DNA of 64,000 bases from a virus (taxonomy: Duplodnaviria; Caudoviricetes): positions 1,050 through 65,049 of IMG/VR virus record IMGVR_UViG_3300034149_000113. One strand, written 5' to 3'. The notes under the pieces are model-generated. The model saw nothing but the letters and a program-made list of their open reading frames with translations. It was not told where the DNA came from and did no database searches. Made by a program: the position numbers and the translations under genes. Shown here piece after piece: positions 8,233-17,367 of this stretch. The number at the start of each line of letters is the position of its first letter. Position 1 is the stretch's first letter.

Positions 8233-9138
8233 ATGCAACTCACGCAACTGAACGCGAAGGCCATGGCGGTCAAGCTGACCATGCGCCGCGCCAACCTGTC
8301 ACGCCGCGATGCCTTTGCCGAGGCATTCATTCAGGACGAGCTGGGCGACGTCGGCCTGACGGTGGCGAAGAAGCTGTTCCGCGACAAGGCCAACGAGGTC
8401 AACAAGCTGATGAGCGCGGTCAGCGAAATCTACACCTACCACCGGCGCAACACGCTGCCCTACATCGACAAGGGGCCGCGCATCCTACCCAACAACAACT
8501 ACCTGAGCTACGCCACGGAGATGCGCAACCGCATCGCCACAGTGGACGCCATGCTGGCGGCGATGATCCCGAACTACGACGCCTACGTGCAACAGGACAT
8601 TGCCTTCCGCACGGCGCAGGACCAGCACCTGAAGAGCAAGCCTGCCAGCTACAAGCCGCCGTGCACCGACGAGTACCCATCGGTGCTGGCGTTCAAGGAA
8701 GCCATGTCGTTCGACCTGCGCTTCAGCCCCTTGCCGGACGCCAAGCACTTCCTGTTCGACATCAGCGACGAAGACATGCAGGCCTTCGAGCGCTCGACCG
8801 AGCAGGCGGCGGCGCTCGCGCGTGGCGATGCAGTGCAGCGCATGCTGGCACCGCTTACGCACTTGGCCGAGAAGCTGTCCAAGCCGATTGGTGCCAAGGA
8901 CTCGATTTTCCGCGACAGCGCGGTGGAGAACATCATCGAAGGCATCAACGAGGCCAAGTCGCTGATGCTGGACGATTCGCCGGAGATTCACGCCACCATC
9001 AGCGAACTGGAGAAGAGCGTGGCGCATTGGTCGGCGCACCTGAACTGGATGCGCGAGTCGCCCATCAAGCGCAGCGAAGCGGCGAAGAAGATGGCCGACA
9101 TCGCGTCGCAAATGGGTGCCTTCATGAACCAGCCATGA
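8233..9138 (+). CDS. Conserved helical phage protein linked to AAA/vWA modules (DUF3150-like)
   Basis: TLPYIDKGPRILP and EYPS...F.FDLRFSPLP pattern; position between the AAA and vWA genes. Confidence 0.6.
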   Translation: MQLTQLNAKAMAVKLTMRRANLSRRDAFAEAFIQDELGDVGLTVAKKLFRDKANEVNKLMSAVSEIYTYHRRNTLPYIDKGPRILPNNNYLSYATEMRNRIATVDAMLAAMIPNYDAYVQQDIAFRTAQDQHLKSKPASYKPPCTDEYPSVLAFKEAMSFDLRFSPLPDAKHFLFDISDEDMQAFERSTEQAAALARGDAVQRMLAPLTHLAEKLSKPIGAKDSIFRDSAVENIIEGINEAKSLMLDDSPEIHATISELEKSVAHWSAHLNWMRESPIKRSEAAKKMADIASQMGAFMNQP

Positions 9139-9401
9139 GCGACTATCCAGAAAACAGAATCACTGAGAACGAGTGGACGTTCCGCTCCTTCCACGACGGC
9201 ACGGAGCAGTGGTACTACATGTCGTTCAACCTGACGGCGGAACGGGTCATCAACGGCCAGCCGGGGCGAGACCAGTGGCACATCGTGAACCGCGCCAACG
9301 ACAACAACGAGATGTACCCGCAGATCGTGGCAGGGCCGTTCCCCACGGCCAAGTCGGCACGGGCTGCGCTGCGGATACTGCTACGCACGGAGAAGGAATG
9401 A
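9135..9401 (+). CDS. Small hypothetical protein (VAGPFP family)
   Basis: ATGA overlap; paralog of the next gene. Confidence 0.65.
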   Translation: MSDYPENRITENEWTFRSFHDGTEQWYYMSFNLTAERVINGQPGRDQWHIVNRANDNNEMYPQIVAGPFPTAKSARAALRILLRTEKE

Positions 9402-9403
9402 CC

Positions 9404-9679
9404 ATGCTCGAAACCGTGGAGGAAATGGAGAGCGAGTGGGGGGTGAACTACTTCGGCATCAACAAGGACAACCCTTACATCTTCATGCGCAGGAAAGGAC
9501 ACTACACTGGCGACGCATCGGTGTATATCCGGCAGCTGCCGAAGAACAGCGGCAAGTTCTACATCCGTGACTACGATTATCCGAACACCAAGTACGGCGT
9601 GCTCGTTGCCGGTCCCTTCCCCGATCTCGACTCGGCCAAGGCTGCCTTCATCCTGCTCTACGGCAGGAGCAACAAATGA
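9404..9679 (+). CDS. Small hypothetical protein (VAGPFP family)
   Basis: AAGGA SD; shares VAGPFP..SA(R/K)AA with the previous gene. Confidence 0.65.
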   Translation: MLETVEEMESEWGVNYFGINKDNPYIFMRRKGHYTGDASVYIRQLPKNSGKFYIRDYDYPNTKYGVLVAGPFPDLDSAKAAFILLYGRSNK

Positions 9680-9894
9680 AGTTCGGCAAAATGTCCATCA
9701 AGTCCGACGCCGACATACGCAAGTGTGTCGTTGAACTGGAAATTGGTATGGACGACCTAAACGTCTTGACCTTCAGCATTACCGGAGTTCCATCCGGGGT
9801 TGCGGCAGAAATGCTGGTGAGGTGGAACACTTACCAGGACTTGAAAGACGAACTCAACTCACTCAAAGGAAACAACGATGGCGCAATTCAGTAA
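9676..9894 (+). CDS. Hypothetical protein
   Basis: ATGA overlap. Confidence 0.5.
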   Translation: MKFGKMSIKSDADIRKCVVELEIGMDDLNVLTFSITGVPSGVAAEMLVRWNTYQDLKDELNSLKGNNDGAIQ

Positions 9895-11068
9895 GCTCGA
9901 CAAGGCACGGGCCCAGATAGTTATGGACCATCCCTTTGTGGCCAGCATCCTCCTGCGGCACCCGATCATCGCCCGCAAGGACATCCCGACGCTGGCGGTC
10001 AACCAGCGGGGGCAAATCTACTACAACCCCGACTTCATCGAAGGGCTCACCGTGCCGCAGGTGGTGTGGGGCTTGAGCCACGAAGTGTTCCACCGCATCG
10101 GCCAGCACGTGCAGCGGCAGGGCAAGCGCAAGAAGGGCAAGTGGAACTACGCCACCGACGCGTGGATCAACGACACGCTGGACGAGGCCAACATCGGCAC
10201 GCGCATCGAGAACACGGTGAACATGCCCGGATCGCACAAGGAAACGTGCGAGGACATCTACGCCAAGCTGCCCGACAACGACGGCAAGGGGCCGAAGGGC
10301 AAGGAGAAGGGCAAGGGGCCACCGGGCGGCGATGGCGGCGGCGAGCAAGGCGACGACCCCATGGACGGCGACGGCATCGGTGATGACCTGCTGGATGAGG
10401 GCCAGCCGCTGTCCGAAGGCGAGCAGCGCGAGCTGGAAGCGCAGATCAAGGTCGAGGTTGCGGAAGCAGCGCAGGCGGCGAAGATGCGCGGCAACCTGCC
10501 AGCAGTTTTGCAGCAGTTCGCTTCCGACATCATCGACGTCAAGACGCCGTGGTTCGACATCCTTGAGCCGTGGATGGTGCAGAAGGCATCGCAGGACTAC
10601 AACTGGTCGCGGCCGAACAAGCGCTACAGCGCGCTCGACATCTACATGCCGAAGATGCAGAACGAGGCGTGCATGGGTCCGGTGGTCATCCAGGTCGACA
10701 TCAGTGGCTCGGTAAGCCAGGAAGAGATCAAACACTACAACGGCCACATGCGGCGCATCGTCGAATTGTGCAAACCGGAGAAGGTGCACGTCCTCTACAC
10801 CGACACCGGCGTGCACAAGCACGAAGAGTTCGACCGTGGCGAAGAGATGCAGATCAACTTCTACTCTGGCGGCGGCACCGACATGCGTGCGGGATACCAG
10901 TACATCAAGGATCACGGCATCGAAGCCGACGTGTTCATCACCTTGACCGACGGCTACACGCCGTTCCCCGAGAACGTGGACATCCCGTCGGCGTGGTGCA
11001 TCAGCAGCGACATCGTCGCCCCGGACGCGGCCGGCAAGACCATCCACTTCGAGATGGAGGAGAAGTGA
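9878..11068 (+). CDS. Metallopeptidase-like plus vWA domain protein (DUF2201-type)
   Basis: HEVFH zincin motif; Gly/Asp/Glu linker; MIDAS DISGS, TDT and GGGTD, TDG. Confidence 0.85.
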   Translation: MAQFSKLDKARAQIVMDHPFVASILLRHPIIARKDIPTLAVNQRGQIYYNPDFIEGLTVPQVVWGLSHEVFHRIGQHVQRQGKRKKGKWNYATDAWINDTLDEANIGTRIENTVNMPGSHKETCEDIYAKLPDNDGKGPKGKEKGKGPPGGDGGGEQGDDPMDGDGIGDDLLDEGQPLSEGEQRELEAQIKVEVAEAAQAAKMRGNLPAVLQQFASDIIDVKTPWFDILEPWMVQKASQDYNWSRPNKRYSALDIYMPKMQNEACMGPVVIQVDISGSVSQEEIKHYNGHMRRIVELCKPEKVHVLYTDTGVHKHEEFDRGEEMQINFYSGGGTDMRAGYQYIKDHGIEADVFITLTDGYTPFPENVDIPSAWCISSDIVAPDAAGKTIHFEMEEK

Positions 11069-11242
11069 TTGAAGCAGGGACGGATAAAGCGCAGGTGCCC
11101 GCTGTGCCGCCTGGGGATCAGGTACACAGCGGGCGGGTATATCCGAAAGCACACCTGGCATGGTGCACGGTGTGTCGCCAGCGGGCTGCTGTGGAAAGCG
11201 GCTCGCGTCGTCGCTCAAGTCGGCGAAAGGTTAAGTAGATGA
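11069..11242 (+). CDS. Small putative Zn-binding protein (57 aa, absent from the ORF track)
   Basis: TTG start after GGAGG; MKQGRIKRRCPLC...RKH...C; ATGA overlap with the next gene. Confidence 0.5.
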   Translation: MKQGRIKRRCPLCRLGIRYTAGGYIRKHTWHGARCVASGLLWKAARVVAQVGERLSR

Positions 11243-11502
11243 ACGGCGCGACCTATCACTGGGCCATCGTCGGCACGGGGGAAGCCGAAGTACGGCTCAT
11301 GGAAGTAAAAGACAACTACGCGTTCAACAAGCTAATCGCACGCGTAGTGTTGACCGTCGATGGTTGGAAAGCGACCATCGAAAACGTACCCACTAGCCTG
11401 CTGGTGGGGCACTTCGAGGAGTGCCAAGCAGCACAAGGGGCAGTGATGGCAGAACTCGTTGCCAACCGACTTACTGACAAGGGGAACCGACGTGGGCTGT
11501 GA
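11239..11502 (+). CDS. Small hypothetical protein (LVANRLT near C-terminus)
   Basis: ORF track; operon packing. Confidence 0.6.
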   Translation: MNGATYHWAIVGTGEAEVRLMEVKDNYAFNKLIARVVLTVDGWKATIENVPTSLLVGHFEECQAAQGAVMAELVANRLTDKGNRRGL

Positions 11503-11980
11503 TATTCACATCATGCTGGAACGAAGAATCTACGACCGCTGGGTGACCGTGAGCGACTTCGCTGCCATCCACAAACGAACTATGGATTCGGGGTTGAACG
11601 ACAAAGACTCCGCGCGCTACCTCTGGTGGCGGGTGAGCAACCGCAACTACGAGCTGTTCACGGCGTTGGCCGGTGTGCGCGGCGAGAAAGGAGAAGGCCC
11701 GGAGCCGCGAGGCTTTCCCGCCGACGCCGCCGACTGGACGCGCTTCTGCTTCGAGGGTTGGGGCGAGGACGCGCACAGCGCGTCGTGGATGGCGCTGCCG
11801 GAAGCGTTGCCGCTGTTCATCCGCCACAACAACATCAATATGGCGGATGTCGTGGCCGACCGATTGACCAACGGCAAAGACAAGGTGTTACTTGAACAGG
11901 CCGAGCACCTGTTCAATGTAGAAGTGGAGAAAGTCGCTCATTTGGAAGAGTTCCGCATCGTGTTTTGGTTTGACAATTGA
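11492..11980 (+). CDS. Conserved phage protein of the MGCDIH...FWFDN type
   Basis: GTG start; GCDIH, RNYELF..LAGVR, PRGFP.D, HSASW, RIVFWFDN. Confidence 0.75.
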   Translation: MGCDIHIMLERRIYDRWVTVSDFAAIHKRTMDSGLNDKDSARYLWWRVSNRNYELFTALAGVRGEKGEGPEPRGFPADAADWTRFCFEGWGEDAHSASWMALPEALPLFIRHNNINMADVVADRLTNGKDKVLLEQAEHLFNVEVEKVAHLEEFRIVFWFDN

Positions 11981-12018
11981 GTTGTCCCGTTCGATAACTA
12001 ACTGACAAGGAAACAGCA

Positions 12019-12879
12019 ATGAAAGAAGTGGAAATCGTCAAGCTCGACCTGTACCAACAACGACTGGCGTGGCTGCGAAGCCTGCGCAACAACCACAAGC
12101 GCAAGGCCATGGGGCGCAAGATGTACTACCACCAGGACGAGCAGGGCAACCTCGTCTACGTTTGGGAAGCGGGAGACGACCCGGAGCATCACTACACGCT
12201 GGCCACGCACGCGCCGGACGACACCATCACGCTATGCGCGCCGCAGCAGGCCGTGTGGCAAATGACGGCACAGCGGCGGATAGAGCTGATCTGCAACGGC
12301 CGCAGGCACCGCTACAACCACCAGCAGAACATCGGCCTGCACAGCGACAAGACGCGCCACCGGAACAAGAAGCAGCACATCCGCATCGTGGCCTACCACC
12401 AAGGGCTGACCTGGCCGAACAGCATGCCGTACGAGCCTGGCCTCAAGGTGAAGGACGCCTGCTTCCTCAACCTGGAAATCTGTCAGGACTACGTGCGCAG
12501 GCTCGACAGCCGGTCGGCTGCCCACGAAGTTCGCCGCAGCATCGAGCCCATGGTCAAGCTGACCAAGGTGCTGGGGCGCATGGACCAGCTCAACCCGGAG
12601 ATAGTCAAGTCTTCGGAACGGTTCAAGTGGGCCGACAAGCTGCTCGACAAGATTCCCGACATCTACAACCCAACGCCGAGGGACGCCGAGCTGATCTATC
12701 TCATCGGCTCGCGCAGCGTGCGCTCATGGCGCTACCCACGGATGACGGACGTCGAGAAGAAGGCGCACGACAAGAAGGTAGTGCTCCTTGGGCTGGCCAA
12801 GCTGCGCAAGGAGTTGTACGAGAAGCACCAGCTGTACACCTTCACCAAGGTGGATTGGAAACCGACACCGACTAACTAA
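12019..12879 (+). CDS. Hypothetical protein
   Basis: AAGGA SD; 286-aa ORF. Confidence 0.8.
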   Translation: MKEVEIVKLDLYQQRLAWLRSLRNNHKRKAMGRKMYYHQDEQGNLVYVWEAGDDPEHHYTLATHAPDDTITLCAPQQAVWQMTAQRRIELICNGRRHRYNHQQNIGLHSDKTRHRNKKQHIRIVAYHQGLTWPNSMPYEPGLKVKDACFLNLEICQDYVRRLDSRSAAHEVRRSIEPMVKLTKVLGRMDQLNPEIVKSSERFKWADKLLDKIPDIYNPTPRDAELIYLIGSRSVRSWRYPRMTDVEKKAHDKKVVLLGLAKLRKELYEKHQLYTFTKVDWKPTPTN

Positions 12880-12896
12880 CCAGAAAGGAAATCAGC

Positions 12897-13556
12897 ATGT
12901 CATTCGTAGGCATCAGCAGGACCCTGATGGACAACGTCAATCGGCAGATCAACAGCATGGAAGAAGCCGAGGCGAAGCAGCTCGAAGCGGTACTGCCGCA
13001 GCTCTCCGGCGGCGAGAGCTACGCGCAGCAGGCCATCTGGCAAGGGCACATGGAGTTCAGCACCACCCTGCCGAAGGCATGGCGCGTCAACGTCGAGGGC
13101 TACGTCCTGAAGTTCAACGTCATGATCGACGGCAAGTCGCACCAGTTCGACTCTTCCGGCACCTTCACCAAGAAACAGTCCGCGCCACGGGTCAAGAGCA
13201 CCGGCTACTACAACGATTCGTGGACGCCGGAGATCAAGTTCGACATCGGTGCAACGCCACCGGAGCTGCAGCCGGTGCTCGACTACCTGCTCGCCACCAA
13301 GCAGCGCGAAGAGCGCTGGGAAAAGGTGCGACTCGACGTCAAGAAGTTCCTGGGGTCGTGCAAGTCGGTCAATGAAGCCATCAAGCTGTGGCCGGATATC
13401 GTGATGTACCTGCCCGGCGACGTCGTCGAGAAGGTGGCCGAGAAGAAGACGCAGGCCAAGACGGAGAGCACGGCTGCGGCCATGCTGTCCTCCATGAATA
13501 CCGACGAGCTTACGTCGGCCGCTGTAATTGCCCGGTTGTCCGGGTTCAAGAAGTAA
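12897..13556 (+). CDS. Hypothetical protein, possibly Nmad5-like
   Basis: C-terminal L.SCKSVNEAIKLWP.I..YLP pattern resembles Nmad5; common AAA/vWA neighbour. Confidence 0.5.
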   Translation: MSFVGISRTLMDNVNRQINSMEEAEAKQLEAVLPQLSGGESYAQQAIWQGHMEFSTTLPKAWRVNVEGYVLKFNVMIDGKSHQFDSSGTFTKKQSAPRVKSTGYYNDSWTPEIKFDIGATPPELQPVLDYLLATKQREERWEKVRLDVKKFLGSCKSVNEAIKLWPDIVMYLPGDVVEKVAEKKTQAKTESTAAAMLSSMNTDELTSAAVIARLSGFKK

Positions 13557-13583
13557 ATCCGTCACTCACTCAAAGGAAACATC

Positions 13584-13955
13584 ATGACCGAAGTCGAGAC
13601 CAAAGCTGCATTGCAAGCCATCAAGCTGTTGAACGCGGTCGGCGCGAAGTACAAGATCATCTACCCCGACGGCACCGAGGTTGGTGAACTGGTGCTGGCC
13701 AAGGTGGAGCCGGAAGGGAAGAAGAAAATCACGCGCAGACGCGATTTCTCGCTGGCCTACGGCACCTACGCCAAGCTGATCCGGCCGATGTTGAAGAGCA
13801 CCGATGTCGGCCAAGTGGCATCCATCCCCATTGCGCCGTACAACGCGGAGCGACTGCGTAGCGCCGCCACGGCGATAGCACACCACCTGTGGGGAAACGG
13901 TTCGCACACGTCGGCCATCACCAAGACGCACGTTGAAATCCTGCGCATCGCATAA
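13584..13955 (+). CDS. Hypothetical protein
   Basis: AAGGA SD. Confidence 0.7.
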   Translation: MTEVETKAALQAIKLLNAVGAKYKIIYPDGTEVGELVLAKVEPEGKKKITRRRDFSLAYGTYAKLIRPMLKSTDVGQVASIPIAPYNAERLRSAATAIAHHLWGNGSHTSAITKTHVEILRIA

Positions 13956-14161
13956 TGCCCATCACACCCTACACCACCAGATCGGGAGTCAAGATCGGCT
14001 TGCTCTACGAGCAGCCTCTGGCTTCCACTGACGGGGACATGGAGCTGCTGCAACGAGCATTGCTGCTCAAGCCGAAAAGGCCTTGGCGAAATAGAGTCAA
14101 GCTGGCGCTCCAGTATCTCGTTATCATCACCGCCGTACTTACCCTTTCAGGACTGACATGA
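13955..14161 (+). CDS. Small protein with C-terminal hydrophobic helix
   Basis: TAATG overlap. Confidence 0.55.
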   Translation: MPITPYTTRSGVKIGLLYEQPLASTDGDMELLQRALLLKPKRPWRNRVKLALQYLVIITAVLTLSGLT

Positions 14162-14379
14162 ACCATGAACGAACCAACTGGAGCGCAGCACTCGAAGCGA
14201 GGTTGTCGCGGATGGAGTCGCGGCTGGTGCAGCTCATGCTGCATTTCGGGCTAGACCCGTACAGCAAGACGTATTCGGCGCAACACCCGGAGCAGCACAC
14301 TGGCGGCAGCGGCGACAACCCCAACCCGCACCCGACCACCACCACCATCTCGGAGGAACGCAATGGCAACCGAAAATAG
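14158..14379 (+). CDS. Hypothetical protein
   Basis: ATGA overlap. Confidence 0.55.
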   Translation: MNHERTNWSAALEARLSRMESRLVQLMLHFGLDPYSKTYSAQHPEQHTGGSGDNPNPHPTTTTISEERNGNRK

Positions 14380-14587
14380 CCTGAATGCAATCGAGATGGC
14401 GCGCAAGGCCTACACCAAGTTGGTCGACATGCCCGGTGGCGACGAGCGCGACAAGCTGATCCAGATCGCCAACGACGGCTACACCACGGCGCTGCTGATG
14501 TGGCGCAACCCGGAGATGGAGCTGCAGCCGCACCAGCAGGAGTCGCTGGACAAGCTGCGCGCTGCTTTGGGAGAGAGCGATGGCTAG
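14363..14587 (+). CDS. Hypothetical protein
   Basis: GGAGG SD. Confidence 0.65.
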   Translation: MATENSLNAIEMARKAYTKLVDMPGGDERDKLIQIANDGYTTALLMWRNPEMELQPHQQESLDKLRAALGESDG

Positions 14588-14909
14588 CGACAAAAACTCT
14601 CCGTTCGGCACTTCCATCACTACCATGTCTCCGACAGAGCACATCCATCAGGAGAAGGCCCGGTTGATGCGGCAGTTGATGGACGCGCAGCAGGTAGCGC
14701 CCAACAAAGTGTGGATGCACCAGGAGAACGCTGCCTACCAACAGCCGATCCCGTTCAACCCGAAGGAAGTTCACCTGGCGGTGGAGCGAACGGAGAACGG
14801 CTTCATCCTGACGCTCGCCGGAACCAAGTACGTGGCCAAGGATGCCGACGAACTGAAGGATATCTTCATCACCGCGCTGGTCGCGCTCAAACTGGAGACC
14901 CGTAAGTGA
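14580..14909 (+). CDS. Hypothetical protein (C-terminal LVALKLE)
   Basis: GGAG SD. Confidence 0.65.
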   Translation: MASDKNSPFGTSITTMSPTEHIHQEKARLMRQLMDAQQVAPNKVWMHQENAAYQQPIPFNPKEVHLAVERTENGFILTLAGTKYVAKDADELKDIFITALVALKLETRK

Positions 14910-15217
14910 GCAGACGAATCAAGGCACCACTGCGCGTACGCATCGCCCGCTGGTTGATGCGCGACGAAGGGGCGCAGCCATCATGCGAGCCGGCAAGAGA
15001 CCCGTTCGGTGAAGACGAATCTGTCGAGCAGAACGAGATCAAGATGTTCATCAAGCCGGCGATGAACGGGCGCATCGTCACCATGCAGCAATTCAGACAA
15101 ATCGGCACCAGTGGGCTCAAGTCGAACTGGCACCAGACAATCTACCTGGTGCCGGACGGCGAGGACCTCATCAAAGCCATCACCGTGCTGCTAGTCAGCT
15201 CCAACCTTGGGAAATGA
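14906..15217 (+). CDS. Hypothetical protein
   Basis: GTGA overlap. Confidence 0.6.
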   Translation: MSRRIKAPLRVRIARWLMRDEGAQPSCEPARDPFGEDESVEQNEIKMFIKPAMNGRIVTMQQFRQIGTSGLKSNWHQTIYLVPDGEDLIKAITVLLVSSNLGK

Positions 15218-17114
15218 CGTGACTCCACTGACTTTGGATTTTGAAACGCACTACACCAAGGACTACTCGCTGTCGAAGATGTCCACCGAGGCCTACATCC
15301 GCAGCAATCGCTTCGAGGTCATCGGCGTTGGTGTCAAGGACGGCGACAAGGACGCCGAGTGGTTCAGCGGCAGCTACACGCAGATCAACGACTACCTGCA
15401 CTCGCTCAACATCCACAAGCGCTACCTGCTGGCGCACAACACGGCCTTCGACGGGGCCATCCTGGCGTGGCACTTCAACATCAGACCGCAGTACTACCTG
15501 GACACGCTGTCGATGTCCCGACCTGTCACGGGGGCCACGGTTGGCGGCAGTCTGAAGAAACTGGCCAAGCAGTTCCTGCTGGGCGAGAAGGGCGACGAGG
15601 TCATCGCCGCCATCGGCAAGCATCGCGCCGACTTCACTGCCTACGACCTGCAGCAGTACGGCGAGTACTGCAAGAACGACTGTGTGCTCACCTACTTGCT
15701 GTGGAACATCATGCAGCAGTACAGCACGCCGAAGGAGCTGTACGTCATCGACATGCTGCTGCGCATGTTCATCGACCCGGTGCTGCGGCTCGACGTCGAG
15801 ACGCTGAGCAGGCACCTGATCAGGGTGCAGCAGAAGAAGGCCGACCTCATGGCCAGGGTCGACGCAACGATAGGCGGGCGCGCGGAGCTGATGTCCAACA
15901 ACAAGCTGGCACAAGTTTTGGAATTGCTTGGTGTGGACCCACCTATGAAGGTGTCTAAGCAGACCAACCTGATGACCTACGCCTTCAGCAAGAACGACGA
16001 GGCCTTCAAGGCGCTGCTGCAACACAACGACGTGCGCGTGCAGGCCGTGATCGCAGCGCGCCTTGGCATCCGCTCGACGCTGGAGGAGACGCGCACGCAG
16101 GCCTTCATCGACGCGTCGTATCGTGGGGCACTGGCCATCCTACTCAACTACTACGGCGCGCACACCGGACGGGCCTCAGGTGCCGACGGCATCAACCTGC
16201 AGAACCTACCGCGTGGCGGCGCGCTGCGGCGGGCCATGCTGGCCCCACCCGGCCACGTTCTAGTGGCTGGCGACTCGTCGCAGATCGAAGCGCGCATCGT
16301 GGCGTGGCTGGCCGGGCAGGCCGATCTGGTGGCCGACTTCGCGGCCGGCGTGGACATCTACAGCAGCTTCGCCAGCGACGTCTACGAGCGCCCCGTCGAC
16401 CGCAAGCGGGTGGAGATCGACAAGGCCACCAACATCCCGTTCAACCCCGACAAGCTGGAAGGCTTCGTCGGCAAGACCTGCATCCTCGGCCTCGGCTTCG
16501 GCATGGGCGACGAGCGACTGCGGCAGACGCTGCGCATCGGACAGGGCGGCATCTCGGTGGACCTGCCGCTGCATGTCTGCACCGGGTTCGTCGACCGCTA
16601 CCGCGCCAAATACGACAAGATCGACGCGCTGTGGGACGTGGCGCAGCAGGCCATGGTGGCAGTGTCGAAGGGCTTCGTTGCCACCTTCGGTGACGTGCTG
16701 CCGCTGCTGTGGGATCAGGACGGCATCCACCTGCCCAACGGCATGATGATCCGCTACGCCAACCTGCGGCGCGAGAAAGGGGACTACTACTACGACGGTC
16801 GCTACGGTCCGGTGAAACTGTTCGGCGGGAAGATCATCGAGAACGTGGTCCAGGCCCTGGCGCGCATCGTGGTGTTCGATCAAATGTGCAGGGTCGAGAA
16901 GAACTTGCGCAAATGGGACAACGTCCGGCTGGGGAAGAGGTTCCGGGTTGTGCTCTCAGCTCATGACGAAATCGTAGCTTGCGTGCCGACTCAGGTGGAG
17001 CTGCGCACCAAGGAGATGATGGTCAGAGTCATGGGCATGGTGCCGAAGTGGGCGGTGGGGCTGCCGATCTCTTGCGAGGTCGGCAGCGGTCCCAACTACG
17101 CCGAGTGCAAGTGA
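15207..17114 (+). CDS. polA: Family A DNA polymerase with 3'-5' exonuclease
   Basis: Exo DFET/AHN..FD/Y.KND; TGR; NLQNLPR; motif A DSSQIEAR; motif B K...LGLGFG; motif C HDE. Confidence 0.95.
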   Translation: MGNDVTPLTLDFETHYTKDYSLSKMSTEAYIRSNRFEVIGVGVKDGDKDAEWFSGSYTQINDYLHSLNIHKRYLLAHNTAFDGAILAWHFNIRPQYYLDTLSMSRPVTGATVGGSLKKLAKQFLLGEKGDEVIAAIGKHRADFTAYDLQQYGEYCKNDCVLTYLLWNIMQQYSTPKELYVIDMLLRMFIDPVLRLDVETLSRHLIRVQQKKADLMARVDATIGGRAELMSNNKLAQVLELLGVDPPMKVSKQTNLMTYAFSKNDEAFKALLQHNDVRVQAVIAARLGIRSTLEETRTQAFIDASYRGALAILLNYYGAHTGRASGADGINLQNLPRGGALRRAMLAPPGHVLVAGDSSQIEARIVAWLAGQADLVADFAAGVDIYSSFASDVYERPVDRKRVEIDKATNIPFNPDKLEGFVGKTCILGLGFGMGDERLRQTLRIGQGGISVDLPLHVCTGFVDRYRAKYDKIDALWDVAQQAMVAVSKGFVATFGDVLPLLWDQDGIHLPNGMMIRYANLRREKGDYYYDGRYGPVKLFGGKIIENVVQALARIVVFDQMCRVEKNLRKWDNVRLGKRFRVVLSAHDEIVACVPTQVELRTKEMMVRVMGMVPKWAVGLPISCEVGSGPNYAECK

Positions 17115-17115
17115 G

Positions 17116-17277
17116 TCACTTCGCCAGGTCCACCACCAGCCGTGCGCCAACCAGCAGGAAGGCCAGCAGGCCAGCGAAGAACATGAGCCGCCCGATCTCG
17201 TTGAGCTTCGGGTTGGACGACAAGGCGTACATCAGCACGCCCACCAGCGCCACCAGCAACGTCAGTCCGATGATCAT
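17116..17277 (-). CDS. 53-aa two-TM membrane protein, antisense within the replication module (absent from the ORF track)
   Basis: AAGGAG SD; MIIGLTLLVALVGVLMYALSSNPKLNEIGRLMFFAGLLAFLLVGARLVVDLAK fills the gap exactly. Confidence 0.7.
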   Translation of the reverse strand: MIIGLTLLVALVGVLMYALSSNPKLNEIGRLMFFAGLLAFLLVGARLVVDLAK

Positions 17278-17367
17278 GATTTCTCCTTGCATTTAACAAA
17301 GCGTTTACCTACCATACACACATCTCCCACCCGTGTTTCGGGGCCGGAGTACAACTCGGAGCAGCAC

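Noticed and set aside
1169-15530. 12-mer as a parS site or LexA box
   Set aside because: Not palindromic, lacks CTGT-N8-ACAG spacing, and no ParB is encoded
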